NCBI GenBank assembly: GCA_026914245.1
Contig: CP110439.1
Location: forward strand, 2,542,001-2,606,000
From: Puccinia triticina
Lineage: Eukaryota
Length of the DNA: 64,000 nt
Direction: 5' to 3'
Position numbers and translations under genes: made by a program. Shown here piece after piece: positions 39,035 to 51,957 of this stretch; positions within the stretch are counted from its first letter, which is position 1, and every line of letters starts with the position of its first letter. The notes under the pieces are model-generated. The model ran no database searches. It saw only the letters and a list, made by a program, of their open reading frames with translations, and was not told the origin of the DNA.

Positions 39035-40063
39035 TAGGGTTGACAATCGGGCGGGTTCAGGCCGCCCACGGGCTAGCCTGCCTCAGCCCGCGACTCAATT
39101 GGACAGGCCAGGCCGGGCCAAAACCTCAGATGTTGCTGTCCGGCCCAACCCCGTGTCCGCAATGAGACGGACACGGGCAGTCCAGCGGCTCCCTGTTGGG
39201 CCAAATGGCCAGCGGGCCATGGCAGGCTGCCTGCAGGCAGCCCCCTGGGGGCCCACGGGCCAGGTAGAAGGACCCTAAAAAAATGTAGTTTTGGAGGAGG
39301 AGACGTGTATATTTTTACAATTTGAAGACATGTACTATGCAACTGGGGCAGCTACAAGCAAAACGTTATAGAAAAGAATGTAAAATAAAGTAGTCAAGAA
39401 AGAAGAAAAGAGGCTACTTCTTAATCCAGTCTTGAGTGCATAAGAGTGCTTCAGTGGTTTCGTTGCTCAGGCAGCTTCGGTAGTCGTCCAAGACACACCC
39501 CCCAATGGAAAAGGCCGATTCTGATGCCACAGAGGTTGCTGGGGCCATCAAGATTACCTTGGCGAGCTTTGAAAGGTTCGGAAAGCGGGAGGCATTGATT
39601 GTCCACCAGCTGAGGAGATCAAACTGTTCATAACTGGTTATGCCAACATTCCTCTCCTCAAGGTAGAGGTCTGATTTGGCACCTGGTGTGTTGGATTGGC
39701 TGCTGTCTGTACACCAAGTTGCCAAGGTGAAGGGCACATAGTTCATGAAGATTAGATTTTCACAGGGTTTCCTATGGATTTTTTTAACCTTGTTCAACTC
39801 AGTAAATGCAGAAAAGGGAGATTTTCTCACAGTTCCTGTGACCGGGTCTTGGATTCCGGCATGGCACACTTATCATCTGAGCTTCTGGCCGCACCAGATG
39901 AGCAAGGCAAAGCCCACAGGCGCCCAACAGGCAGCCCGCGCCAACCCGCGCCGCTTAGCAACTTTAACAGGCCGGGCCAAAGCTCAATATTTCCATAAAA
40001 GCACTGTCCGCGCCCGGCCCAAACCCATAGCCTGTTGGACACCCAGCCCAATTGTCAACCCTA
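39035..40063 (-). mobile_element. Non-autonomous hAT derivative retaining the dimerization-domain exon
   Basis: TIR TAGGGTTGACAAT/ATTGTCAACCCTA; 8-bp TSD CCTGTAGC; LLSWW..RFPNLSKLAK..PATSVASESAFS..EALLCTQDW. Confidence 0.93.
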
Positions 40064-41589
40064 CCTGTAGCCAGTGTGGCACCCTTGTTGAGCCAAACAG
40101 CCACCCAAAGGGGTTTTGACTGCCTGCACAGTGAAGCTGTACAGGCCTGTGGCTAAAATAAAAAGATAAATAATATTTTTGGCCTCAAGCCCACAAGCTG
40201 TTCAAGAATGACTGTATTGAAAAATGAGTTACAATAACACAAATCAAGTCTAACAAGCTTGTAAAAAATAGTTAAATATAAGCTCCATGGGTCCAAAAAT
40301 ACCCTTGATAACAGCCAATATAGACTGTTTCACCACAAGAAAAAGTGAAGTGACATGCAAGAACTCTAAGCAATCTTGTGTGGTATTACACAAGCCTTTG
40401 TCAGGGCTTACTGTTGACTGAGCTTCAATGAACATTGAATGTGCAGGAAAAGCTTATTTGTGTTTGTGTGAAGCTAGAACGGCAGTAAGCTGCATGTCAA
40501 CTGCTAGCAGTTGAGTAAGTTATTCTTGTAGTGCAGTAGGCTATCTTTTGATAAACCTTCCAATCTGAGATTGGGGGGCTCTTTTCCTAGTGTCTAGTGA
40601 GCTGGGGAAGGCAGAGGTTTGCTCATTTCTGCACTCAGCAACAGGTTCTCAGGAACACTTTTGAGCTTTGCAATGGTCCCCTTGGCCTGAAGCCCGCCAA
40701 AACCACAGGCCATTTAGTAGAAGGGAGTTGCAGCTCCAAGATTCAGGAAACATTTAGGAAGGCCCCACTCCTTCCTTGATAAGCCACTCATTAGTGGGAG
40801 GCTCAAGAGGTGTGCTGAAAGAGAAAGCAAGGTGAATGTGATTTCTCTCTGAATGCTACATATCTTCCACCCATATCCACATACAAAACTGTGTGTGCAG
40901 TGGATGGGCTGAAGTACTTGGTACCACATTTTTCATAGCTGAAGTTGAGGCCACAGACTTGAAGTCATGGGATTGGCTGCATGGGTGGAAGATAGGTTCT
41001 CAAGAATGATTATGAAAGAGAGGTGAGAGGTGTGAAAAGTGTCCAATTTGATGTAGATGCGCAGAATCTTTCCTACATATTGTTCCAGAGGAAATTAGAG
41101 AGCACAGTAGGACCCAGGAAACCCCATGCAGAATGTTGACTCAATCCATACATTTTTTGATCTTGTCCATACACGATTTGTGTGATGTAGTTTGAATTGA
41201 TGATTTCCCAACTTTTCATACATTTTGATGCTGATCCTTGTGTGAGCCTCCTGGGCACGCACTCTGGGATGGTGGAAGATGTTTCTGCAGAAGGTCGATT
41301 TGTTTCTGGTGTGATAGCTGTCTGCCCAGTGGGGATGCAAGCCTCTGCTGGTGATTGCTGAGATTGTTGGGTTACAGAAATAGTCTAATTACCCTAACGG
41401 GAGGTCCTCCGGGGGATCGATTACTGGAGAGACGACAGCTGACCGGCGAGGGCTGTGTCGCCTCGAGGTTCGTCTTCCTCCTTTTCCCGAGAGTGGCCGC
41501 GAGTGCCGACAGCTGAGTTGATGGCCCGATAGTCCCCATATTCCGCACCCCGCCGCGTTCGCAGGACGCTCCGGCCAGCAGACTAAACG

Positions 41590-44500
41590 ATGACGAAGAA
41601 CGAGCAGAAGGAGACGGAGAAGGAGAAGGAGAAGGAGAAGGAGAAGGAGAAGGAGAAGGAGAAGGAAAAGGAAAAGGGTAAGCAAACCAGCTACTTCCAC
41701 TTGACCACCAGCTGACTCCCCCAGCAGCCTTCCGCCCCAGCTGGGCCATCCTCCTGCTCAGCCTGCTCCACGCCAGCGCACTCGCCACCTTCGCCCGGGG
41801 ATTCCTGCTCACCCGCACCGCACTGCCCACCACCAGCACGCCCACAACCACAGCCACCCCACCCACCCACGCCAGGCTCATCGTCCTGCTCATCGACGCC
41901 CTGCGCACCGACTTCCTGCTCGCCAGCCACTCCCCGCTCGCCCTCCCCCGCACACTCACCATCCAGCACCCCGCCCACTCCCTGCTCTTCCACTTCCGCG
42001 CCGACCCCCCCACGACGACCCTCCAGAGACTCAAGGCGATCGCCACCGGCAGCCTGCCCACCTTCATCGACTTCTCCGCCAACTTCGCCGCCACCAACCT
42101 CCGCATCCAAGACGACAGCTGGCCCGCCCAGCTGCGTGCCCAAAACAAGACCATCGCCTTCGCCGGCGACGACACCTGGACCAAGCTCTTCCCCGGCACC
42201 ACCCTCTTCCACCCGAACCTCTCCGCGCCCTTCGAGAGCTTCAACGTCCACGACCTCCACACCGTCGACACCGGCGTCCAGACCCACTTCTCCAAGCTCC
42301 TGGGCAACACCACCGAGCAGTGGGACGTCCTCATCGGCCACGTCCTCGGGCTCGACCATGCCGGCCACCGCTTCGGCGCCGCCCACCCGTCGATCCACGC
42401 CAAGCTGGCCGAGTACGACCGCTTCCTCGCCCGCACCGTCGCCGCCATGGACGCCGAGACCCTGCTGGTCGTCATGGGCGACCACGGCATGGACCCCAAG
42501 GGCGACCACGGCGGGGACAGCTTCCCGGAGGTCTCCACCGCCCTCTGGCTCTACTCCGCCGCCCGGCCCCTCCGCAGCACCCGTCCGATGCCCGACTGGG
42601 TCCTCGACCCCCACGCCGACTGGCTCGACTTGGAGGGCATCGGCCCCACCCGCACCGTCCCCCAGATCGACCTCGTCCCCTCCCTCGCCCTCCTCCTCGG
42701 CCTGCCCATCCCCTTCAGCAGCCTCGGCGCTATCATCCCCGAGCTCTTCTTCCGCACCCCCTCCCCCATCGACGCCCTCCTCGAGGCCACTCAGACCAAC
42801 TCGGCCCAGCTGCTGGCCTTCGTCGAGCGCTATGCCCGCGTCTCCAACGACCTCCTGCCTCACCTGCCCCTCCTGAGGTCCCTCCACACCCACGCCGCCA
42901 CGCTCTCCTCGGAGCACGCAGACCCGGCGACCGCCTTCCGCGCCCACCGCCGCTTCGCGCGCACCCTGCTCGAAACCGCGCGCTCGATCTGGGCCAGATT
43001 CGTCCCCGGACTCATGGCCCTCGGCATCCTCACCATGCTGCTCTCCCTCCTCGTCGCCCTCAAGCTGCGCGCCGCCCTCCAGCACTCCTCGCGCCCCCGG
43101 AACGCGCCCATCCGCACCCTGCTCCCCGCCGCGCGCGCCGCCGGCCTCCTCGGCCTCGGCCTGGCCGCTGCCCTCGCCTTCGCCACCCCCTCCCTGCTCC
43201 CCCAAGAGCTCTCCCGCCCAGTCACCCTGCTCACCGGCGCCGCCCTCGGCGCCGCCATCGGCGTCCTCCTCCACCGTCCGCATCCGCCCGAGTACGCCCA
43301 CGTCCGCCTCCTCCGCAGGCCCGCGCCCGCCACGCTCGTCAAGCTCGTCCCCGTCGCGCTCCATGCGATCAGTCTAGGCAGCAACTCGTTCACCGTCTGG
43401 GAGGACCATGTGGTCCCGCATCTGCTCGCCTTCGCCGTCGTCCTGCCCGCGCTCGTCCGGGGCATCGGCGCCCCGAAGCCGGCCTTACGCAACCGGCTGC
43501 TCGTCTTCGGGCTCCTCTTCGCCATCTGCGTCCGGCTCATCGGCCTCTCCACGGTCTGCAGGGAGGAGCAGCACGGGGGATGCTCGGTGACCTTCTACGG
43601 CAGCGACACGAGCTCCAGCGCGCCTGCGTGGGTGATGAGTCTTGCGATCCCGCTGGCCATCGGCCTGCCCATCGTGCCCGCCTGGTTCCTCGGGATCTCC
43701 GACTCGTACCGCGGCCCGGCCTCGTTCTTCTTCGGCGGCCTGTGGCGGCTCGCGCTCCTCTGCGCCGTCCAGCACGCGATCTCCGACTACCTGCTCGCCA
43801 CCCACGCCCCCTCGATGGCCGCCAGTCTGGCCGAGACCGCCGGCTGGGTCAAGCTGCTTGCGGCGCGCGCGGCGGTCGTCCTGAGCGTGCTCGCGGGCTC
43901 GATCGTCTGGCTCATCCTGCCGGTCTGCATCGACGTGCAGAGGGTCGAGCCGGAGGAGGCCGCGGCCGAGAAGCCGCGCCTGCTCGTCATCGGCTTCGCC
44001 AACGTCTACGGCTCCTCCTACCTCATGTTCCTTGCCGCCGTCTTCGCAATCCTCTTCCTCGTCACCCCGCCCACCGGACAACTCGTCCTCGGCCTGGCCC
44101 TCGTCGCCGTCCTCGCGCTCGTCGAGCTCAACGACGCGTTTGTCGACCTCGCCGCCCTCGAACATGCGCTGCCCAATGCCGTCCGCAGCGCGGCCACCCA
44201 CAACACCCCGTCGGGCCCAGCGCTGGTCCCTCCCTGCGACCTCAACATGCTCACGGGGCTCTATCTGCTCGGCCACCTCGTCTTCTTCGGCACCGGCCAC
44301 CAGGCCACCTTCGCCTCCGTCCAATGGAACGCCGCCTTCGTCGGGCTCACCCAGGCCCACCCTCTGCTCTCCCCCATCCTCGTCTTCCTCAACTCGTTCG
44401 CCGGCTTCGTCCTCGTCGTCCTCGCCTTGCCCCTCTTCGGCCTCTGGAAGTTCGAGCCGGTCATCAATCTCCACCCGCCTACCGAGCAGCGGGGAGGGGC

Positions 44501-44768
44501 TGAGGTTCGCACCCTGGAGACCCAGCTCGTCGAGAGCCAGCTCACCTTCCTCGCCCTCCAAGCCCTCCTCCTCCTCCTCAACATGCTCTTCATCTTCCAC
44601 CTCCGCCGCCACCTCATGGTCTGGAAGGTCTTCTCCCCCCGCTTCATCCTCGCCGCCGCCGCCCTCCTCGCCTCCCACATCCTCCTCCTCCTCGGCTTCA
44701 ACGCCTTCGCCTGGCCCGCCCTCCGTTCCAAGGTCCGCCGCGCCTTTGGACCCCAGCTTCTCGCGTGA
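41590..44768 (+). CDS. GPI13: GPI ethanolamine-phosphate transferase 3 (PIG-O); exons 41590-41677, 41728-44768
   Basis: GFLLTR, IDALRTDF, ADPPTTTLQRLK, GSLPTFID, GDDTW, DHAGH, MGDHGM, GDHGGDS, RRHLMVWKVFSPRF; multi-TM C-terminus; start exon less certain. Confidence 0.95.
41617..41676 (+). repeat. (GAGAAG)n hexamer microsatellite encoding (EK)n in predicted GPI13 exon 1
   Basis: Direct reading of sequence. Confidence 0.9.
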
Positions 44769-46080
44769 TCCTTCTGTGTTTCTTGTCTCCAAATCCTCAT
44801 CCCCTGCGACACTCTGTGTGCTCGTCCGTCCGGCCGGCCGTGTCCCCGTGAAACCCATGCCCGTCTCTGCCCGGAGCGCTAAGGTTGCTGCTTTTCGTCG
44901 CCGGGAGGAGGCCGTGTGTGTGAGAGAGAGAGACGGTATGCAATGTGCGTGTGAGCGGGGCGCCCGAGCCAGCCTCCCGAACTCAGCTCAAGTCCCTCGT
45001 GGCTGCGAAGCGCCCGTCTGCGAAGGAGGGGCTGGGGCATGAGGGCCGTTTTTGGGCCCGACAGGGTTGGTGCATTTGGCCGGGAACCATTGGAAGATCG
45101 GGTGCACATACATGGGCTTTTTTTGACCTCAGCTTGGGACGTCAGTGGTGGGGCGGCGAAGTTCGCGCAAAGGGCTGGCTCTTGGGTGTCTTTCTGCGCG
45201 CTCATCTTGCCCACCTTGCTCCCAAAACCCGCGGCCCCTGCAAGTCCTTCATTCATAGCCATTTGTAGGCTGGCCGTGTGTGGGCCCGCCAAATGCAGCC
45301 ATCTCTGCGTGCGGAGAACACTTTCCCTGGGTCGCTGGGCGGCGCTCCTGCAAGGTGCTTGAACAAGGGGGAGAACAGGCGCAGGATGGCGCGCTGCTTC
45401 GGCGCTTTAAGGGCGTCGGGCCACACCCAAAGGATCCCAGGGACAAGGACATGCCCTCCCTGACGAGGGCCACGGCTCTTCGGCCGGCCTGGTTTTTCGA
45501 CGGTTTTCGCTTGTTTTTTTTTGGAGAGGGCCAGGTTTTTTTAACATCAGTCATAAGGAAATATTGCGAGGTTTCTCTAGCTTGGCTGGTTCCCCAGCAG
45601 CCCCCGCAGGGAAGGTCCCCCCTCCACATAGAAGGGACTCGTGAGTTGTCGGATTTCTGGAGCCTCCTCTCGAGTCTCCTCCCTGGCCAACACTGTTGCA
45701 TCCGCAGTGACTGTGTAGCTTCCGCAGTGACTGCGCGTGAATTCGTCTGGGTGTTGCACGGAAAAATGCGACACTTATTTCTTCACCGTGAGCCTGAATT
45801 TGACATTTACCCCAGAACTTCAACAGGGGTTTTTTCTTTATACGTATCTTCATCACTCCAGCCGTTCGTTGGCGACATACACATCAACCGTCATTCAAAA
45901 GGCCTTTGAACGACCGATCCTGCTGGGTTGTCCTTGAGTAATCGTTTTGAACCGGCAATCATCGCCACCTGCTCCTTGGCTCTTCCTACATAGTCGTAAG
46001 TTGACTTTTGATTGATTCATGACTGAAACCATACCCGGCACAATGTTAACGTTCTCTTAATCTACCCGCAGATTCCGAAA

Positions 46081-48858
46081 ATGAACCCATCACCAGAGGT
46101 CCTTACGAGCCCACAAGGTCGAAATGTTACATCGGACCGAGACATCGTTCAACGTCGATATGAAGAATTGCATCCACTTGACCAGGACGCTCAAAACTCG
46201 GTCGCAAGATTGCTCAATGCAACCTCACGTATGTTGAATTGCATTTATCATCGCGCTTTGCACGCATCAGCTCACTTTTTCGTACTTGAAGTGTCCCAGG
46301 TCAACCAATATCTTGACGAGCTTACTAAAGCTTTTGAACAAGTAACTCCGCAAATGCCCATCGAAGCTTGCACATGGATGTGGAATTTGTCCCTTTCCGC
46401 GCCAATCGTTTCCCGTGACTGGCATCAATCTGCTTGGAAAATAGATCACGAGTTGAATGTGAAATTCCTCCGGCTTGTGTTCTTTCATCGGTATCCGAAA
46501 CTGGCTGCCGCAGAACCCCCGATTTCTACGCCAGAAATGCTTGAGGCACTCGCAGCCCCGTCCCATGAGGCGGGAGAGAAACTTCTCAAACCTGCACCAG
46601 CAAATCCAACCGACGTCCAGCATGTCCAAACCCTGAAGGACGGCTACAACCATCCATACTTGAGGAACGATCAAATTGTGAAACCAATCCTCGAATGTCT
46701 CAGCGAATATGCGAAAAATTGGAAGCCCGAGAAATATCTCGCCCCATATACCGCGTTGATTGGGCCGAGTATGAGTGGAAAGACTCGCTTCCTCATGCAG
46801 CTTTCGGAAAATATATGTGTTATTTACATCTGCCTTCGCCCACATAAATCGACTGGAATTCCCCCGAGGTCTGTACTGGCTGACGAATTTCAACTTGAGA
46901 TGAACGCACCCGAAATCTTAGTGCATTATTATCGACTCCTGGCTGCTCTTTTCGACGTGGTGTCCGATTTTTTCTCCACTCGTACCTCCGACCATAATGA
47001 GAAGCAACTACTCCTGGAATGGAGTGACTACAATCACCAACATGGCGGTAAACTGGCAACTCAAGTTCGACGCGCAATGGAAAAGATTGGAGAAGAGGGA
47101 CCAGCTGCTTCTGCCGCCTTCAAAGAGAATCTGAGGAAGTTGGCAACAAGCACAAGCTTCATCAGCAATCCTGGACTGAAGATACTCTTGGGCATTGATG
47201 AGGCACGGGCCCTCGTCGAACAGGGATCAGGCGATGCTCAAAATTTATCGTACTTTCGCGCACTTTGTCGAGTCTTATCTAAAGTACCGACTCAGCTCAA
47301 CTTCTTTGCAATCTTCACGGATACGACATCAAAGGTCGCGAATTTCTTGCCTGCCCTGCAAAACGATCCCAGCGCAAGACCTCTGCCGGATTCTGAGGAG
47401 GATTCCAAAGAGCTGTACGCGCCAATATATGATATTGCCACCTTTGATTTGAAGGTTTCCTCCTCTCCACCCGAGACGTGGGATGAATTGCTATCACCGC
47501 GAAGACTTTTCAGTTATGGCACCCCGTTTTTTCGGATTTATGTCGAGACGGTCGAAAAGCCGCCACGATCCCTCAAACCCGATGTGATTGCGGAAAATGT
47601 CAGAAAGATGGCCATCGGAAAGCTGCTTTGCTTCCCTTGTAGTTCTGACGCCCTATCCAAAGGTCAAATTTTCGCTTTGCTAGGCTGTACAATTCAGCCA
47701 CAGATATTCGAAGCCTCAAGGCTGAATTCTGAGTTAGTTTCGAGTCATATGGCGCATTGCTTGTATATATCAGATACGCGCGAACGATTGATCAGCGAGT
47801 ACCCATCACAATACACGTTGTCTATGGCGGCCAACTACTTCCTCGCAGAAGACGATTCCAGGCTCATTTCCTGCATCAAGGCTCTGACTTCGTTCATGCA
47901 ACAAGGACTGATCTCCTCGGGCAATTCTGGCGAGCTGGTTTCGAGGATCATCCTGTTGCGGGCGATGCAGAAAGCCATGTTGACCTCACCTATCCGCACC
48001 AAACAACCAAATATTACATATGGGTGCTCAGTTCGATTGGCGGATTTCTTGAAGGCCTTGACAGGAAAAGAAGAACCAACTGGGGAAGAAAAAACAGCTG
48101 AAAAAAGCAAACCACCTAGAAAATCGACTAGAAAATCAACTGGAAAATCAACTAGCAAACCAGAACAAGCTGGAAAAGATGAATCAACAGGAGCAGAAGA
48201 ATCGGTCTTCCAGTTGAACATGGAAAACGTTCACCAAGCTCGGCTCTTGAAAGAAGGTCGGATTTTCTGGAACCACTTCGTCCAGATCACTTATACACCA
48301 CAACCGGCCGACTTTTTAAATTTTTTGTACCGAGGCCTGGCAGTACAGTGCAAGCCAGATCAAAGGGGATTTGACCAGATGTTCACTGTCTACCTTGCCC
48401 CAGAGGATGCTGAGTCTACTCTCACTAAAGATCACATCTCATTCTGCGGAGTCCAGGCCAAGAACGGCTCTTTTAAATTCCCAGAGGAAGGTCCCAAGTG
48501 GAATTCCAACTATGCGGAAGTCGAACTCAACTGCAAAATTCCGTATCTGATCATTCTTTTCAGTTTTAAAACTAAAAGTACTACATACGAGCTACCAACA
48601 ATTCCTCAACGCGGCTCTCTAATCTTCCATGGGTTGGACAACATTGCCTGTCTCACGCCCAAAATTTCGATTGCGCTGCAAGAGCTATTAAGTGTCGATC
48701 CAGATGTCAGGCAATTTCACAAAGACAACAAACGTATCAGAAGATTTGTTGAGACAACTCGCCCTTGTATCTACAACTGTGATCACCCAGAAGTGGATTT
48801 GTTTCATGCGGACAAAGGAGTAGCCATTGATCAAGCTCCCAACAATCCAACTTTGTAA
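46081..48858 (+). CDS. P-loop NTPase with predicted C-terminal PD-(D/E)xK nuclease (Crinkler/CR NTPase+REase-like)
   Basis: 925-codon ORF; Walker A GPSMSGKT, Walker B LLGIDEA, GELVSR, CKPDQRGFD...VQAKN; probable 5'UTR intron and in-frame intron 46229-46291. Confidence 0.8.
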   Translation: MNPSPEVLTSPQGRNVTSDRDIVQRRYEELHPLDQDAQNSVARLLNATSRMLNCIYHRALHASAHFFVLEVSQVNQYLDELTKAFEQVTPQMPIEACTWMWNLSLSAPIVSRDWHQSAWKIDHELNVKFLRLVFFHRYPKLAAAEPPISTPEMLEALAAPSHEAGEKLLKPAPANPTDVQHVQTLKDGYNHPYLRNDQIVKPILECLSEYAKNWKPEKYLAPYTALIGPSMSGKTRFLMQLSENICVIYICLRPHKSTGIPPRSVLADEFQLEMNAPEILVHYYRLLAALFDVVSDFFSTRTSDHNEKQLLLEWSDYNHQHGGKLATQVRRAMEKIGEEGPAASAAFKENLRKLATSTSFISNPGLKILLGIDEARALVEQGSGDAQNLSYFRALCRVLSKVPTQLNFFAIFTDTTSKVANFLPALQNDPSARPLPDSEEDSKELYAPIYDIATFDLKVSSSPPETWDELLSPRRLFSYGTPFFRIYVETVEKPPRSLKPDVIAENVRKMAIGKLLCFPCSSDALSKGQIFALLGCTIQPQIFEASRLNSELVSSHMAHCLYISDTRERLISEYPSQYTLSMAANYFLAEDDSRLISCIKALTSFMQQGLISSGNSGELVSRIILLRAMQKAMLTSPIRTKQPNITYGCSVRLADFLKALTGKEEPTGEEKTAEKSKPPRKSTRKSTGKSTSKPEQAGKDESTGAEESVFQLNMENVHQARLLKEGRIFWNHFVQITYTPQPADFLNFLYRGLAVQCKPDQRGFDQMFTVYLAPEDAESTLTKDHISFCGVQAKNGSFKFPEEGPKWNSNYAEVELNCKIPYLIILFSFKTKSTTYELPTIPQRGSLIFHGLDNIACLTPKISIALQELLSVDPDVRQFHKDNKRIRRFVETTRPCIYNCDHPEVDLFHADKGVAIDQAPNNPTL

Positions 48859-49529
48859 AACCTTGGACCATCCTAGGCTTTTGTGCATATCTATACTCAT
48901 TCTGTTTCTTGTCCTACTCCGCTACCAGCCGCCGTAAACCTTGCAATCGCCGTTGCTCGCCACTTGCTGCTGTCTTGCTATCATATATTCATTCTTGATA
49001 GTCTCTACTTGCTGTTATCATATATTCATTCTTGATTAGTCTGTATTGTTACAGCAAGGCCAGGAAAGCTTGCGGGTCCGGCAGCCAGAATATCCACCAA
49101 ACATGCCAGTCCATCCAAACATTCCAAACCTTCCATTTATTCCCCCTTCTTCCACCTTTGTCCGTCCCATCCCCCCCCCCCTCCAGCAACGATGCCCCCC
49201 GACCAAATCCCCCCTCCCCGCCCAACCAGACCCACCCACAACCCAGCCAGCCAGCCACCCCACCGCCAAACATTTTCTTTTTTGCCGCTATTGGTGAGCC
49301 TGCCCCCCCCCCCCCCCCCAAAAAGAAACCCCCTCAGCTGACCTCCCAACCCCCTCCGTCCATTGCCTGGCCCACCTTCCAGACCAGCACAAGGCCGTTG
49401 ACTGCACCACCAACGAGATCACTCCAGCCTCCAAATTCCATACTGCTAGTGGTGAGCCATGTGCCGTCACCGTTTGGGGTGTTTCTTACGCTCCCCCCAC
49501 TCACCCATGTGTTTTTTTGCGCAGATCAA

Positions 49530-50672
49530 ATGGTGTTTGTGAAGTATTTGCGCAACATGAAGGTGATTGTTGTCAAAATGGCGGTGCAAGGCAAATCACT
49601 TGCGGAGATCAATCAAACACTCAACCACAAAGTCTCCAAAGACTCCCTCCTCCAGTGGAAGACCTTGTACTGACACACCCGCGATGCTGTCGGAGACCCG
49701 GCACTTGACGCCAAGCGGGGCCGCCCATTGGCGTTCATATGCAAGGAGGCTGAGTTCGTCCTTGCCGCGCTGGAGGCAGAGCCCACCCTGTACCTGGATG
49801 AGATCCAGAATCACATCCAGGCGTTGACCGGCACTCAACATCCCATCAGCACCATACAAGCGGAGTTGAAGTTCCGCCTTCTCATGACAAAGAAAACCGC
49901 CCGGACTGTGAATCCAAACCAATGCCCCGAGGCACGGGCAAACTACGTGGCCCGCGTGGGGAATTATCCTGCGGAATTTCTGGTGTTTGTGGGTAAGCCA
50001 CTCTCCAGATTTTTTCCAGCCCCCAGGAAAAACGTTGTCTGGCCTCTTTTGTTCTATAGACAAGGCGGGAGTATTGCTTGCGACACACTCACGTGACAAA
50101 GCCTGGGCACTACGCGGCCGCCGCACTCAACACATCCCTAAGCCCCTGGGGGCCCCACGTGTTTTGGTTCTCCCGGCGGTCTTGTTGGACAGGTGTCTGG
50201 AGTGCATTGCTCAGGTGGGAACAATGCGGCGCATTGACATGGAGTACTTCCTTGAGGACGTGTTGGTAAGTCCCCGAGTTTTGTTGCCTGTTTTTTGCCT
50301 GTTTGTTATTGAATACGTCCTCACTGATTGCACGTTACTGTTCTGGTGTCCTAGATGCCTGTCATGAATCCTTTCCCGGGCCAAAACAGTGTCCTGATCA
50401 TGGACAACGCCCCTATCCACCATGGTGGCCGGATTGCTGAGGTATGCGCAAACGCGGGCGTCCTCCTAATGTATCTGCCAACCTATTCTCCGGTTTTCAA
50501 CCCAATCGAAAAGGTGTTTGCCACCCTGAAAACTTACCTGAAGCGCATGGAGATTCTGACAGGGACCCGACAGGACGCTCAGATCATTAAGGATGTGCTC
50601 CCAAACGTTGCCAATCCTTGTATGATGAGGAACCTCTTCCTTGGCAGTGGGTACTCTGCAGGGGGCTTCTGA
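49530..50672 (+). pseudogene. DD34E transposase, 2 introns, one premature TGA (49671-49673)
   Basis: GRP, PTLYLDEI, LVFV-D, MDNAPIH, YLPTYSPVFNPIE; 34 residues between second D and E. Confidence 0.92.
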
Positions 50673-51429
50673 TGGTGGGCATCAGCGCGGTGTGGAGGCC
50701 TATTATGTCTCCCCTTGTTCCATTTCTATTCTTTTTCTTCCTCCTTTCTAAAAGATTTATGATTGAAGACTTTATTGCCTAACAGAGGCCAACACAACTG
50801 GAGAGAGAACAATTAGAAGAGCTTGAAGAAGAAAGAGAATAGAGAGAATGATGAAAGAACCAACACTTGAGCAGGCAGAGATGTGAGAGAACAGGCAGAT
50901 TGAAAGATGGAGAGCTATGGAAGAATTGACAGTAAAGCGGACTGAGATATGATTGTTAGTTGATTGAGCTGATGAGGACGGACACAGTGAATCTTACCAG
51001 ACAAAGAATGGGAAGTTGGGAATGTGAATGACAAGGGAAGAAAGAAGGAAAGAGTTGTTGATGTTGATTGAGTTGGGTCTGAGTGTTGATTGTTGAATGA
51101 GTTGAGAATTGAAAGTTTGAGGTAGTTGTTGAGTCGAGTGAGTTGAGAGTCGAGTGAGTTGAGCAGAGAATGACAGGGGTAACGTGAGTGGAAGGAAGGA
51201 AAGGGGCAAAGTCAAGTGGCATATCACGGATGTGACATGTCATAATTTTACACTTTCTGAATCAATTTGTAATCAATCAAATCAAAATGATTCTTGCAAT
51301 TTAGCTATACCTCCTGCCTGGGGCTCCAGATATTGATGCCCCACAACACTTTAAAGCGGGCCCTAAGTCATCGGTCAAGGCTGAAGTCCTGCGCTTGCCA
51401 CGGGCAAGTCCTCGTGGGCTGTGTAAGTC

Positions 51430-51612
51430 AGCAGTTGCCCATTGGGGCTGTTACCCACCAAGTTGGCAGTTGCTCCTGGGGGCTGTTTTGCGAGCAGTTT
51501 TCCACACAAGTCCTCAGTTGCGCCTGGGGGCTGTTATCCGCCAAGTCAGCAGTTGCCCCTGGGGGCTGCTTTGCAAGCAGTTTTTGGCACAAGGCGTCAG
51601 TTGCGCCTGGGT
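51430..51612 (+). repeat. Tandem repeat, 5 copies of core CAGTTGCNCCTGGGGGCTG with alternating spacers
   Basis: Direct reading; ~83-bp higher-order unit. Confidence 0.8.
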
Positions 51613-51957
51613 CTCAGCTGTGTATTACTGTTGCAAATGGGGGATAACAAACAGGTAGAATCACCATTTGGGAACAGTAAAAAAAGGGAAAACAGCCATA
51701 TTTCAGTTGGTAACTGCATGCCCGGACATCAATCAGAGCCGGGGTTGATGGTTTTATTTGGACAAGATAAAGTGGAAACAAGATAAAGAGGAAATGGGCC
51801 ATAGCGGCTAGCAATCAACGCCAGGGTAAATAGTCTTACTGAGACTAGATATAAGTAGAGTGAGACTAGATAAAATAGTTATATCGTAGCCCGGCCACGA
51901 ATCCAGGCCGAGCTCCAGCATAATGGCTCCCCTGGCAGCCATGAACCAGACGGTCAA

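Noticed and set aside
41372..45042. Long overlapping and antisense ORFs (557, 727, 457, 388, 336 aa)
   Set aside because: Shadows of GPI13's extreme codon bias; low-complexity translations
49032..49470. Pro/Gly-rich ORFs mirrored at 54361-54991
   Set aside because: Translations of the G/C-run-rich TIRs
51430..51612. CRISPR-like repeat-spacer pattern
   Set aside because: Spacers repeat alternately, repeats are degenerate, eukaryotic context, no cas genes
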